The notes below the pieces were generated by a model. It searched no databases. It had not been told where the DNA came from and saw only the letters and a list, made by a program, of their open reading frames with translations. A DNA stretch of 64,000 nucleotides from Laetmonice hystrix. Its lineage: Eukaryota. The stretch spans positions 2,294,001-2,358,000 of the forward strand of contig OZ249449.1 in NCBI GenBank assembly GCA_965235115.1. Direction: 5' to 3'. Both the position numbers and the translations under genes were made by a program. Of this stretch, positions 1 through 10,748 are shown piece after piece. Numbering within the stretch: the first letter of the stretch is position 1; each line of letters begins with the position of its first letter.

Positions 1-1099
1 TTCAAGTGGCCCTCGGCCGGTGATAGCCACTCGACCCGTCCCATCGACATCTTCATCGTCTGCCGTACACCGGAAACGATAAACCGTCACTTCTGAAGGT
101 CATTCACCCATGGTAACGACCTCACGAAATCAGAGGTCACCCATGGTAACGACCTCGCGAATCAGAGGTCAGGGGCGGGGTTAGGTATGGGGATGGTAGG
201 TCAATTAATTAATACGGATTAATGAATTAGTCGATTATTTTTTACCCCGCCCAATTTTATAAGATGTTACCAAGATATAATGTTACTATCTCTTACTCTT
301 TAACAGGATTGAATCTCACTTTACAAACTCTTGCAAGGTGATAATTAATGTGTATAAATTAATGTTTTTTTTATTTAAGTTACGTCTAGATGCATTAAGT
401 TATTATTCTGTTCGGAAGCATGCATCGTTTGATGCCGTCTTCTCATACACCGTGGAGGATAATGAACTGGGAAACAATCTTATAATTTTGTTTTATATTA
501 GCCGTTATTTTTGCTTGTTTTCCGTTCATTCATTCTGGAACGGTTTAGCAACCAGTCCTGGAGATAAGCAGATTACACCAAGTCAAATTTTTCATTCAGT
601 CCATTTTAAATGCTTGCCTCCTGGTAATTGTTTTGTTGTACCGTAATGGCTGATAATGTTTCCGGTCCAGATACGACTGACAATCAATTAAACATTGTCC
701 AATCAAAGTGAGGTAAACAAACCTCGTGACAGCTGCTGCCATCGCTGTCGTGGCGACAGCTGCCGTGAAGCGGCAATAAGAACGCTGGCGTCCGTAGACA
801 ATAGCGTCTCTCTTCATAATGGTCGTCTGCTTACATACTGACCTTCAACTGGAACGCTTCTTTGTCTGTTACAGTCTACATGAACGCCAGGTGGCGCCCC
901 ACCCAGCTACTCTCGAGGGACACGTGACCACGCCAACACCTGCCAGTCGGCGCGAGAACATGTTCATCACACTGCCCTCTGGTGAGTAAAACAGACAACA
1001 TTCCATGGCGTAAATTCGGTACTTGGCCCCTAATTTACATCGATCCACCTTGTTTCTAAAGAACGCTAATAGATATAGACTCAAACACACCGTAACCAG

Positions 1100-1255
1100 G
1101 GGCCAGTTTTTCCCAAATTCTCAACTTGAGTAAAGCTTACTTAAGTAAACTAACAGGCTTCTGATTGGCTGGCCTGAGCAGACCAGCCAATCAAAAGCCT
1201 GTTAGTTTACTTAAGTAAGCTTTACTAAAGGTGAGAATTTTTGACAAACTGGGCC
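1100..1255. mobile_element. 156-bp palindromic MITE family A (PIF/Harbinger-like), full copy
   Basis: GGCCCAGTTTTTCAAAAATTCTCAACTTGAGTAAAGCTTACTTAAGTAAACTAACAGGCTTCTGATTGGCTGG-type arm plus inverted arm; flanks CAG/CAG. Confidence 0.85.
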
Positions 1256-4200
1256 CAGAGTTCCCTGTAGGGACCACCTATCCGAGGCTACCCATGAACA
1301 GCGCCGTAAATTTGAAGGGAATTTGACCGGAGGCCTCCTCCAGGAAATGTTGGCAATACATTTTTTTTTAATGTTGGAAATTTAGCCGAGACAGCTGTCT
1401 CGGCTGTCTCAATGCAGTTTACGTCCCTGCCTAAAGTCCCTCATCTCTTCATCCGATAAAGCACTAATCACAACAGATGACAAACGCCAAGATAAAACTA
1501 GCGTCCCATATTATATATCTTGTCGAATGAAATAAAACTCATAGAACATCTTGTGGTTGAGGCTCACCGGAATTACGATACATTCTGGTAGCGGAAGGGG
1601 GCGTGTTAGTATGACGGGTGGCCGCTAGGGGCGTGATTATCAGTTATTCAATACCTGGCGTTTACTGCAACTTCCGGTAGTATTAAAGACCCGGTAATTT
1701 CACTTGTATTGACGCACTCGGAGCAGATTGTATGGGAAGACGGAAATGGTTGTTATACAATATCCTATATGACAAAACGTCAGGGCAGACACCGTATCCA
1801 AGGTAACAATAGGACGCCAGCGGGTGACAATGGAGCCGTGTCATTGAACATTCATGAGGGTTTGTGTCAATACTGTAACAAAGAAAACCCTCCAATACTC
1901 GGCATCCCGTCTGAGGGACTCTGGGTGACGCGGGGGATTCTGGGTAAACGTTTAGATAGATCCCCATGGTAACATCGCTATGATAACAACAACAAATACA
2001 TTAATTTAAAAAAAAAACACCGCATGCATTTCAATCTCATCCTTGAGCTAAGGGGTCGACGATTTACCCCTGTGATAAACGCACTGATAATGTTAATGGT
2101 GATGACTTTACACCCCCAGTTAATTAAATAGAAGGGGTTGATGGGGTGGGGGCTCCATTAGGAGATCGGTGTGATAAGAAAAGGTAGGTCTATTGAATGA
2201 CCACTGTGGGTATACCTCAGTGTTTATGACGGGGGGAGTAGAGATGTGTGAAATTCCCCAACCACTCCCTCCATTATTTCCCAAGGCTAGAAACATTTTC
2301 AGATGTCAATCAAAGACGCCACGTTTTGAACCACCCGAGTGTAGTAGTATTTCCCTGTCGGCCACTCGCCTTCTGCCAACGTATAGGAGAATAATATTAC
2401 TATGTTTCTTGCCGTATAATGATCACATATTACGAGGGTCAAGCTCATATACACTATACAGTTTCCGGTGCAAACAAAGGTCGGTATGGGTATTACATAT
2501 TGATACATTGAACTCAAGGAGAGACACGTGTTTTCTGGGTATGGACAAAGATACGTTAGTGAAGAGGTTCCGCTCACCGTACCTATTCATTGATCAAATG
2601 CTGATCATGCAAGGTTAGCAGCTGTAGCCGTATGAATGTACCATGAATCAGCTCTAGGACGTTTCTTTATGACTGATATCATCTTAGCTAACATTTCCTG
2701 TGAGACTATGGCATGTCCAGGGTCAAATAAAACAAATATATTCATGTATATTACAACTACAGGTATGTTATTTGCACCCCGCGGTCAATGTCAAGGTTAG
2801 CCATGACTTTGTAACCAAGACAACGGAAGATCTCTAACTGAACGTCGAGACCATTGGTCGGTAAGGGGACTAGTGTTGTGATTTAAAGGTCTGTCCCCAA
2901 TCGCGCAGTCTGGGAGGGAGGGAGGTCTAGTCTCCGACATCTGAGGTCTTGATGGTTCTATCAGAACCTGGAGGATCACGTGACCGACATATGCTCCAGG
3001 TTACCTCCAATCCAGCCCCCCTGATGACTTAGGTTATGATCCACTATTTATTTTCTTCTATAATTTAATGTAATGTTTTGGCCATTTTCAATGTTTAAAA
3101 TAATTTCTGCGAATGTCTGCTTGGCATGGCAGGTTAGATATGCATGTTTCCGACAATAAAAACTCAATTTACGTATAGGTTGAATGATTAGATTTTATTT
3201 TATCGGAGCTTCTGTTACATGACCCCAGGTGGCACCACAAAATCGACCAGAATACAGGCCTGTGATACATAACATATTGGCTAAGATTTTCCAAGGAAAG
3301 TTAAGCAGATATTCTCTAATAATACACTGATATTATTGATCATATAGTGAACTTTTTCTCTGTGGTATTTGATGAGCACATTCAGGGGGGTTATATCCAT
3401 TCTTGGCCCTAGATACATTCACTCCATAGCATTTTGAGGGACAACCAGCAGCCCATTGGCTAAATAGGGGGTCATGACCCTTAGATCGCGTCGTAAACAG
3501 AACACTGGGAAAAGATGACAGCGGCTATATGTGATGGTGGACCCGTTCCAACGGTGTATACACACTGAGACACGTTTGTGGGCTAGTCGCCAATATCGTG
3601 CTGACAGCGGTCAGCCAATCTGGGCGTTGTCCTGACCTTATAAACGGGGACGCTATGACGTCATTGGCCGAGCACCAGAGACGGGGACTCGGGGAAATGG
3701 GTCCAATTCAAACAGAGAAACTAGAAAATGAAATACTTTCTTATATGATATTACTATGGATAGCAATGCGTGAAAGGTTATGTGGAGGAATGCAGGAGAT
3801 AATGTGGAACCTTGTCCATGTCCTCCCTGTCAGCTTTGACCCCGTGACCCCTACCGCCACCTGGCAGGTCCAGCTGGTACATGGCGTCCACTCCAACCGT
3901 TGCTTCCTGCCCCGGGACGCGGTTCTCCTGACGTCAGTGACGTCTTGGTGTTTGTTTTCTGACGACCACCACAGGCCGACAACAGAACGATGTCGTGTCA
4001 CTGGTTGCTATGGTGATGGCGTCATCCAGCTGGCGTTCGTCACGGTCTCTGACCAGACGTGGCGTACGATGGTCAAAGAAAGCATTGCTCGGAATGGTAA
4101 ACATTGTCATCACCCAGCGTGACATCCCGTTTGTTCTCATTATGACGTAACGTTAACGCGTCTTTGAACGTGGTAATATGACGTCACCACAGGGAATATT

Positions 4201-4938
4201 CCCAGGGGCCCAAGGAATTGGAAGGGTGAACTCCGTAACTTGTTATTTAGAGCGACTTGTCGACAACGCCAGCCCTTGAAGACTGATTCAGTATTGTTTG
4301 GTCTGTCACGGTGCTCTCACCCAATAATAGGGTGAATGTCAAAGTGAGGTTGAGTTTCAAAGTAACGGTGAGTATCAAAGTGACCTCCCACTAGTCGTAC
4401 TCTCACTGAGTCGTACCAACCAGTCCTGTCTGAATTCGTTTCCCACGCTGTCGGTATATCCGCCCTAACATCAAAGAGCACTGACGTCATAATTAAAGCG
4501 TTCACGCAGTCATACATTCCCTCGTTATCATCATGCCAAGCATGTCCTCCGTTACATGTCCTAGTCACCATGGTTACCGATAATTAGCTAATAACTGGTG
4601 GGTTGTCAATGACATGTTCGTCGGGCCAGAGCAGGAGGCCCGGGACCGTGTATTGACAACTCGGCCCGGGACCGTGTATTGACATAATTAATTATCCGGG
4701 ATGTACACAGTTAGCAGATCCCTCAACGGCAGCCTCTAACCCCGACGGCCCACCTGGCGCCCCCACCGGGAGCCTCCCACCCGGCGGCTGGCCTCAGTAC
4801 TCGGCGGACCGGAAGTCCCTGGGAGCCCCGCCGCCGGCGATCTCACACACCGGATATAAGCTTGTCCTCATCACGGAGTAGTTACTCCGCCATGCTAACA
4901 GTCCACCGAACTGGGAGCAGGGATGAGAGCTAGGTGTA

Positions 4939-5560
4939 GGGCTATTGGCAGGGCTATTGGCAGGGCTATGGGCAGGGCTAGAGGCAGGGCTAGGGACAGG
5001 GCTAGGGACAGGGCCAGCGTAGTGGCAGGGCTATGGGCAGGGCTATGGGCAGGGCTAGGGACAGGGCTAGGGGCAGGGCTAGGGGCAGGGGCAGGGGCAG
5101 GGCTAGGGGCAGGGCTAGAGGCAGGGCTAGGGACAGGGATAGGGGCAGGGGCAGGGCTAGGGGCAGGGCTAGGGGTAGGGGCAGGGCTAGAGGCAGGGCT
5201 AGGGACAGGTCTAGGGGCAGGGGCAGGGCTAGGGGCAGGGCTAGAGGCAGGGCTAGGGACAGGGCTAGGGGCAGGGGCAGGGCTAGGGGCAGGGGCAGGG
5301 CTAGGGGCAGGGCTATGGGCAGGGCTAGGGACAGGGCTAGGGGCAGGGCTAGGGGCAGGGGCAGGGCTAGGGGCAGGGCTAGGGACAGGGCTAGGGGCAG
5401 GGCTAGGGGCAGGGGCAGGGCTAGGGGCAGGGGCAGGGCTAGGGGCAGGGGCAGGGCTAGGGGCAGGGGCAGGGCTAGGGGCAGGGGCAGGGCTAGGGGC
5501 AGGGCTAGGGGCAGGGCTAGGGACAGGGCCAGCGTAGTGGCAGGGCTATGGGCAGGGCTA
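4939..5560. repeat. G-rich hexamer array (GGGCTA/GGGGCA/GGGACA)n
   Basis: Visible tandem hexamers; source of the spurious GA/RG/LP-repeat ORFs. Confidence 0.92.
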
Positions 5561-5562
5561 AG

Positions 5563-7450
5563 GGCAGTAGCCGGGAACCTGTCCGGGTGTGTGCGGTCCG
5601 CCGAGTCCGGGCAGGGTGCGGGGGGTCGACCAGTCGGTAGCCGGGAACCTGCCCGGGTGTGTGCGATTTCATGCCTCCGTTGGGTTAGGCCATGATGATA
5701 CCTTTGGTTTACGATGGGACTGATCTGATACAATTTATTGTTTGGTTGTTCATCCCATTCAGCCTGCCATCTGTTCTTAACGTCTGCCGGGTCCGGGCAG
5801 GGTGCGGGGGGGGGGGGCGGGGTGTCGGCCGGTCGGTAGCCGGGAACCTGGCCGGGTGTGTGCGGTCCAAGGGCCGGGTCTGGGCACGGGGCGGGGTCGG
5901 CCGGCCGGTAGCCGGGAACCTACCCGGGTGTGTGCGGTCCAAGGGCCGGGTCCGGGCATGGGGTGGGGGGGGGGGGCGGAGGTCGGCAGGTCGGTAGCCG
6001 GGAACATGCCCGGGTGTGTGCGGTCCAAGGGCCGGGTCCGGGCAGGGGGCGGGGTCGGCCGGTCGGTAGCCGGGAACCTGCCCGGGTGTGTGCGGTCCAA
6101 GGGCCGGGTCCGGGCAGGGGGCGGGGGGTCGGCCGGTCGGTAGCCGGGAACATGCCCGGGTGTGTGCGGTCCAAGGGCCGGGTTCGGGCAGGGGGCGGGG
6201 GCGGGTCGGCCGGTCGGTAGCCGGGAACCTGCCCGGGTGTGTGCGGTCCAAGGGCCGGGTCCGGGCAGGGGGCGGGGGGTCAGCCGGTCGGTAGCCGGGA
6301 ACCTGCCCGGGTGTGTGCGGTCCAAGGGCCGGGTGCGGGCATGCCGGGGGCGGGGTCGGGGGGTCAGCCGGCCGGTAGCCGGGAACCTGCTCAGGTGTGT
6401 GCTGTCCAAGGGCCGGGTGCGGGCAGGGACAGGGGGCGGGGGGTCAGCCGGCCGGTAGCCGGGAACCTGCTCAGGTGTGTGCTGTCCAAGGGCCGGGTCC
6501 GGGCAGGGGGCGGGGGGTCGGCCGGTCGGTAGCCGGGAACCTGCCCGGGTGTGTGCGGTCCAAGGGCCGGGTGCGGGCATGCCGGGGGCGGGGTCGGGGG
6601 GTCAGCCGGCCGGTAGCCGGGAACCTGCTCAGGTGTGTGCTGTCCAAGGGCCGGGTGCGGGCAGGGACAGGGGGCGGGGGGTCAGCCGGCCGGTAGCCGG
6701 GAACCTGCTCAGGTGTGTGCTGTCCAAGGGCCGGGTGCAGGCAGGGACAGGGGGCGGGGGGTCGGCCGGTCGGTAGCCGGGAACCTGCCCGGGTGTGTGC
6801 GGTCCAAGGGCCGGGGCCGGGCAGGGGGCGGGGTCGGCCGGTCGGTAGCCGGGAACCTGCCCAGGTGTGTGCGGTCCAAGGGCCGGGTTCGGGCAGGGAC
6901 AGGGGGCGGGGGGTCGGGCGGTCAGTAGTCGGGAACCTGCCCAGGTGTGTGCGGTCCAAGGGCCGGGTGCGGGTGGGGACAGGGGGCGGGGGGTCGGCCG
7001 GTCGGTAGCCGGGAACCTGCCCGGGTATGAGCGGTCCAAGGGCCGAGTACGGGCAGGGGGCGGGGGGTCGGCCGGTTAGTAGCCGGGAACCTGCCCGGGT
7101 GTGTGCGGTTCAAGGGCCGGGGCCGGGCAGGGGGCGGGGGCGGGGGGTCGGCCGGTCAGTAGCCGGGAACCTGCCCAGGTGTGTGCCATCCAAAGGCCGG
7201 GTCCGGGCAGGGGGCGGGGAGTCGGCCGGTCAGTAGCCGGGAACCTGCCCGGGTGTGTGCGGTCCAAGGGCCGGGTTCGGGCAGGGGGCGGGGGCGGGGG
7301 GTCGGCCGGTCGGTAGCCGGGAACCTGCCCGGGTGTGTCCGGTCCAAGGGCCGGTTCCGGGCAGGGGGCGGGGAGTCGGCCGGCCGGTAGCCGGGAACCT
7401 GCCCGGGTGTGTACGGTCCAAGGGCCGGGTCCGGGCAGGGGGCAGGGGCA
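5563..7450. repeat. GC-rich minisatellite, ~74-80-bp unit, interrupted at ~5655-5783
   Basis: Unit ccggtcggtagccgggaacctgcccgggtgtgtgcggtccaagggccgggtccgggcagggggcgggggg, more than 20 copies. Confidence 0.92.
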
Positions 7451-7828
7451 GAGACAGGGATACCTTATGTTTTTGTTTTCGGTTTGTGGCTCCCCTTTCA
7501 ATTTCGTAGAGACGGGACGCTGGGGGGGGGGGGCTGGAGACGGGGGGCTTGGATGGTGAGGGGGGAGGGGCTGGGGGGCAGGAGGAGGTATGGGGGCTGG
7601 TGCACCTTGAACCTCTCTCGCATGTGTCAACCCAACGAGTCTATACTCGTTGGTCAACCTAAACATTCTCACTTTAATATCATGCATCCTTTCCTGCTTT
7701 GTCAGTTTGAGAAGTTCTTTCCTGCTTTGTCAGTTTGAGTTCTACAAACCATTAGGGAGAAAGGAGGTTAATTACCGAAAAGTATGTTAATTAGCGACAC
7801 CTGTGTTTGGCTGATTGTATTCCTTGCC

Positions 7829-7899
7829 TACCGGAAGTGGCGTGCATGTACCGGAAGCACTGTTTATGTGCCGGAAGTTGTAGGTTTGTACCGGAAGTA
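7829..7899 (+). promoter_or_regulatory. Cluster of four ETS-binding motifs (RCCGGAAG) with 20-bp periodicity
   Basis: CCGGAAG at 7831, 7851, 7871 and 7891 with dissimilar spacers; single ACCGGAAGT sites at 1670(-), 4808 and 9566. Confidence 0.7.
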
Positions 7900-8156
7900 G
7901 TCTAACCTTTTGGAAAAGATGTAAACAAGTTAGTTGGGTGTGCGTAGGGCGGTGGTATTGAAGGTGGGAGGGGGCAGGATGTGGAGGGGGGCAGGATGTG
8001 GGGGGGCGGTGCCTGGTGCCCAGCCATGGGAGCCCGCCAGATCAACACAAACTATGCGCGAGGAATGCAGCCTGGCGATGGTTACTCCTTCATGGTAATC
8101 TCCCCATGAATCTGAAGGGAGAAGGTCGAGTTAGGAGTTAGCCAGGGTACGGATAA

Positions 8157-8202
8157 CAGATAGATAGACAGATAGACAGATAGATAGATAGACAGATAGA
8201 TA
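8157..8202. repeat. (GATA/GACA)n microsatellite
   Basis: Direct inspection. Confidence 0.85.
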
Positions 8203-8536
8203 ATCTTTAATACAGTGACATGTGTGCATGTATAGCATAGTACATTTAAACAAAACATGACAATTTAAAAAAAAACGTTAGCAATGTGCCAATCACACCT
8301 AGCCCACTTGGGCCTGCAAGTGACTTTGCACAGAAATTACAATGAATATGAACCTCTAGGTCACATTTATATAAACAGAAGAATATATACTATTATTTGT
8401 AGATAGTTCTTCCTGTTCTAAAGAAAGCATTTGGAATAAGTTGTGCTGTCCTTTAAACCACGTGATCATTCAATACGTCTGACAATAAAATTTCTCTTAG
8501 ATCATCATACATTGTAGCAGATAACATTTAGTGGGG

Positions 8537-8960
8537 ACGTCAGGAGATTGGCAGTAAGGGTAAGGGCCAGGTTTGGAGATTAGCAGTAGGACGGGTTAGG
8601 GCCAGGTCAGGAGATTGGCAGTAGGAGGGTTTAGGGCCAGGTCAGGAGATTGGCAGTAGGAGGGGTTAGGGCCAGGTCAGGAGATTGGCAGTAGGAGGGG
8701 TTAGGGCCAGGTCAGGAGATTGGCAGTAGGAGGGGTTAGGGCCAGGTCAGGAGATTGGCAGTAGGAGGGGTTAGGGCCAGGTCAGGATATTGGCAGTAGG
8801 AGGGGTTAGGGCCAGGTCAGGAGATTGGCAGTAGGAGGGGTTAGGGCCAGGTCAGGAGATTGGCAGTAGGAGGGGTTAGGGCCAGGTCAGGATATTGGTA
8901 GTAGGAGGGGTTAGGGTCAGGTCAGGAGATTGGCAGTAGGAGGGGTTAGGGTCAGGTTTG
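8537..8960. repeat. 35-bp minisatellite containing one TTAGGG per unit
   Basis: gtcaggagattggcagtaggaggggttagggccag, ~12 copies. Confidence 0.9.
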
Positions 8961-9783
8961 GGGCTAGGAATAATGGTAGATTATTAATTATCAGCAGCAA
9001 ATTTCGTGAAGCGTTACCATGGGAATGTACCTGGCAACTGGTCGGTACTGGAGGTCGGTGTGGAGTTAGTTCATTCTCCCACCGCCAGGTGGGGGTAGAG
9101 AATGGAGACTGATCTCATGGAGAGTAGTAACGCGCGTATGGAGATCAGCTCTGGGAAAGTTCAGGGAGAAGGAGGGGCATATTTGTCCAATTTCTTCAAT
9201 GTTCATTATTATCCATCATTTAAAATCGATGAAATTTTACTTTATGCACAGACTACATCAACTATAAAGTAGCCGAACTGTATTCTTAGGGTTATGACAT
9301 GTTTTCTTCCACTAACACTCCTTTGAGAACAAAATAATGGCAAGCTTTACCATTTTACTTTACTATAACATTATTAGATATACCTTCAAACGATATAGTA
9401 TGTGATGGTTGCGGGCCCGGGCCCGTCGATCCGTAGCGGAGTTCAGCAGGATGGAATGTAAAACACGAGCTCAAGGACGCAGCGCGAGCTGCACCGCCCC
9501 CACCCGGCCACCGCCAGTACTAACGTGGCTGGTGTTTCCGCCCGCCCATTGACTGCTGACAATAGACCGGAAGTGGTCTCGAACCGAAGGCTGACCTCTC
9601 GGCGGCCTGCCCTCAGTTTATCTCCCGCCTCCTAGAATCCCTCAGTGTATAGGCCTAGGGAATCGTAAAGACGTCATAACGCGTTCAGTAATGCATTAGG
9701 GGATACAACTCCAGGCTTGTAAACACGCTCAAAATGATATGCACCCCTTTAACCTTGGAGAGCACATGCTTATAGTGTCTTTC

Positions 9784-9872
9784 TCTGATTCTGTCTGTCT
9801 CTGTCTGTCTGTCTCTCTCTGTATCTGTCTCTCTCTGTCTCTCTCTCTATCCGTCTCTGTCTCTGTCTCTCT
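9784..9872. repeat. (TC/TCTG)n microsatellite
   Basis: Direct inspection. Confidence 0.85.
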
Positions 9873-9956
9873 CCCCAATCTCCCTTCTTATTTCTTATTG
9901 AACATTCCATTGAAGTTTGCTGTTTTTAACCCATGACGTTGTTGCTATGGTTACAG

Positions 9957-10246
9957 ACCCGCGGGAGTGGAGCCGAGAGGACGTGTCCAACTGGTTAATC
10001 TACATGAGAGTTACTCACAACCTGACCGACATCCAGCACGATCGCTTCCTCATGAACGGCAAGGCATTGTGCCTCATGAACGCAAACATGTTCTCCTACC
10101 GCGTGCCCGTCGGCGGCAAGTTTCTCTATAGAGACTTCAGAATGAGGCTCAGCCGGGCACTCTCCACGCAGCCGCAAACGCCCACTTCCGTTTCCGCTGC
10201 AGCAGCTACATCCGGGCCTCCAGTAGCCTCCCCGGCTAGGGCTTAA
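9957..10246 (+). CDS. edl: PNT/SAM (Pointed) domain-only protein, Mae/Ets-domain-lacking-like; terminal coding exon (or a single 99-aa ORF from ATG 9947)
   Basis: Translates DPREWSREDVSNWLIYMRVTHNL..DRFLMNGKALCLMNANMFSYRVPVGGKFLYRDFRMRLSRAL, closely matching the Drosophila Mae SAM as recalled (DPRDW..MNGKALCLM..RVPVGGKMLYRDFRVRLARAM). Acceptor ttacag at 9951-9956; stop 10244-10246; no ETS domain follows. No upstream exon identified with confidence. Confidence 0.85.
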
Positions 10247-10648
10247 CACAAAGCAATCAAGCTGTGGGCAACAAGGACACAGACTGTGTATAGGATATTC
10301 AAACGACAGTTCTGTGTTGTGCGGGGTTTTCCTGGTAGGCTGCTATAGGCCCTACCTTTTTGAAATCGAATGAATAAACTCTATCCAGAAATTGGTTATA
10401 GATTCTAGGCTTGAATAACGCATCGGCCAAACGGATTCGGAGCGTAATCGCAAGCTGATTCCTCTTGAAATCAACTTCACTGACTCTGAGGGGCGCTGAG
10501 TGTCCAGGGTTCCATGGCAACGTTAACATGTTAGAACCATACATCATTTGAGTACTGATTGTCCAGGGTTCCAGCCTGGCAACGTTAAATGTTGACAAGA
10601 CGCGCAGAAATTGACCGTTTCCTAATGTTGTGACGCTTGGAGACGGAC

Positions 10649-10748
10649 AATCTGATTAAAATTAGGTCTTAGTTACTTCGCATGCGCTCCATACTAGGAA
10701 AACAGCCGGGAGAGACGCGGAATACCAAGATCTAATTTTAATTAGATT
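10649..10748. repeat. 100-bp inverted repeat (22-bp arms) downstream of the Mae-like stop
   Basis: aatctgattaaaattaggtctt / aagatctaattttaattagatt. Confidence 0.6.

Noticed and set aside
4923-7738. Dozens of overlapping GA-, RG-, LP- and P/R-rich ORFs
   Set aside because: They are six-frame translations of the hexamer and ~77-bp tandem repeats, with no splice or domain support.
8026-8094. First coding exon of the Mae-like gene (good Kozak ATG)
   Set aside because: The better donor (8094) is phase 0 and incompatible with the phase-1 acceptor at 9957; the compatible donor (8080, gttact) is weak. Kept only as a candidate.
8537-8960. Interstitial telomere (TTAGGG; also ttagggttaggg near 38587)
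   Set aside because: Only one hexamer per 35-bp unit and no contiguous telomeric tract.
9601-9616. GGLPS coding segment that would extend the PNT exon like Mae GLPLDP
   Set aside because: In-frame TGA at 9592-9594, and no phase-compatible GT donor.
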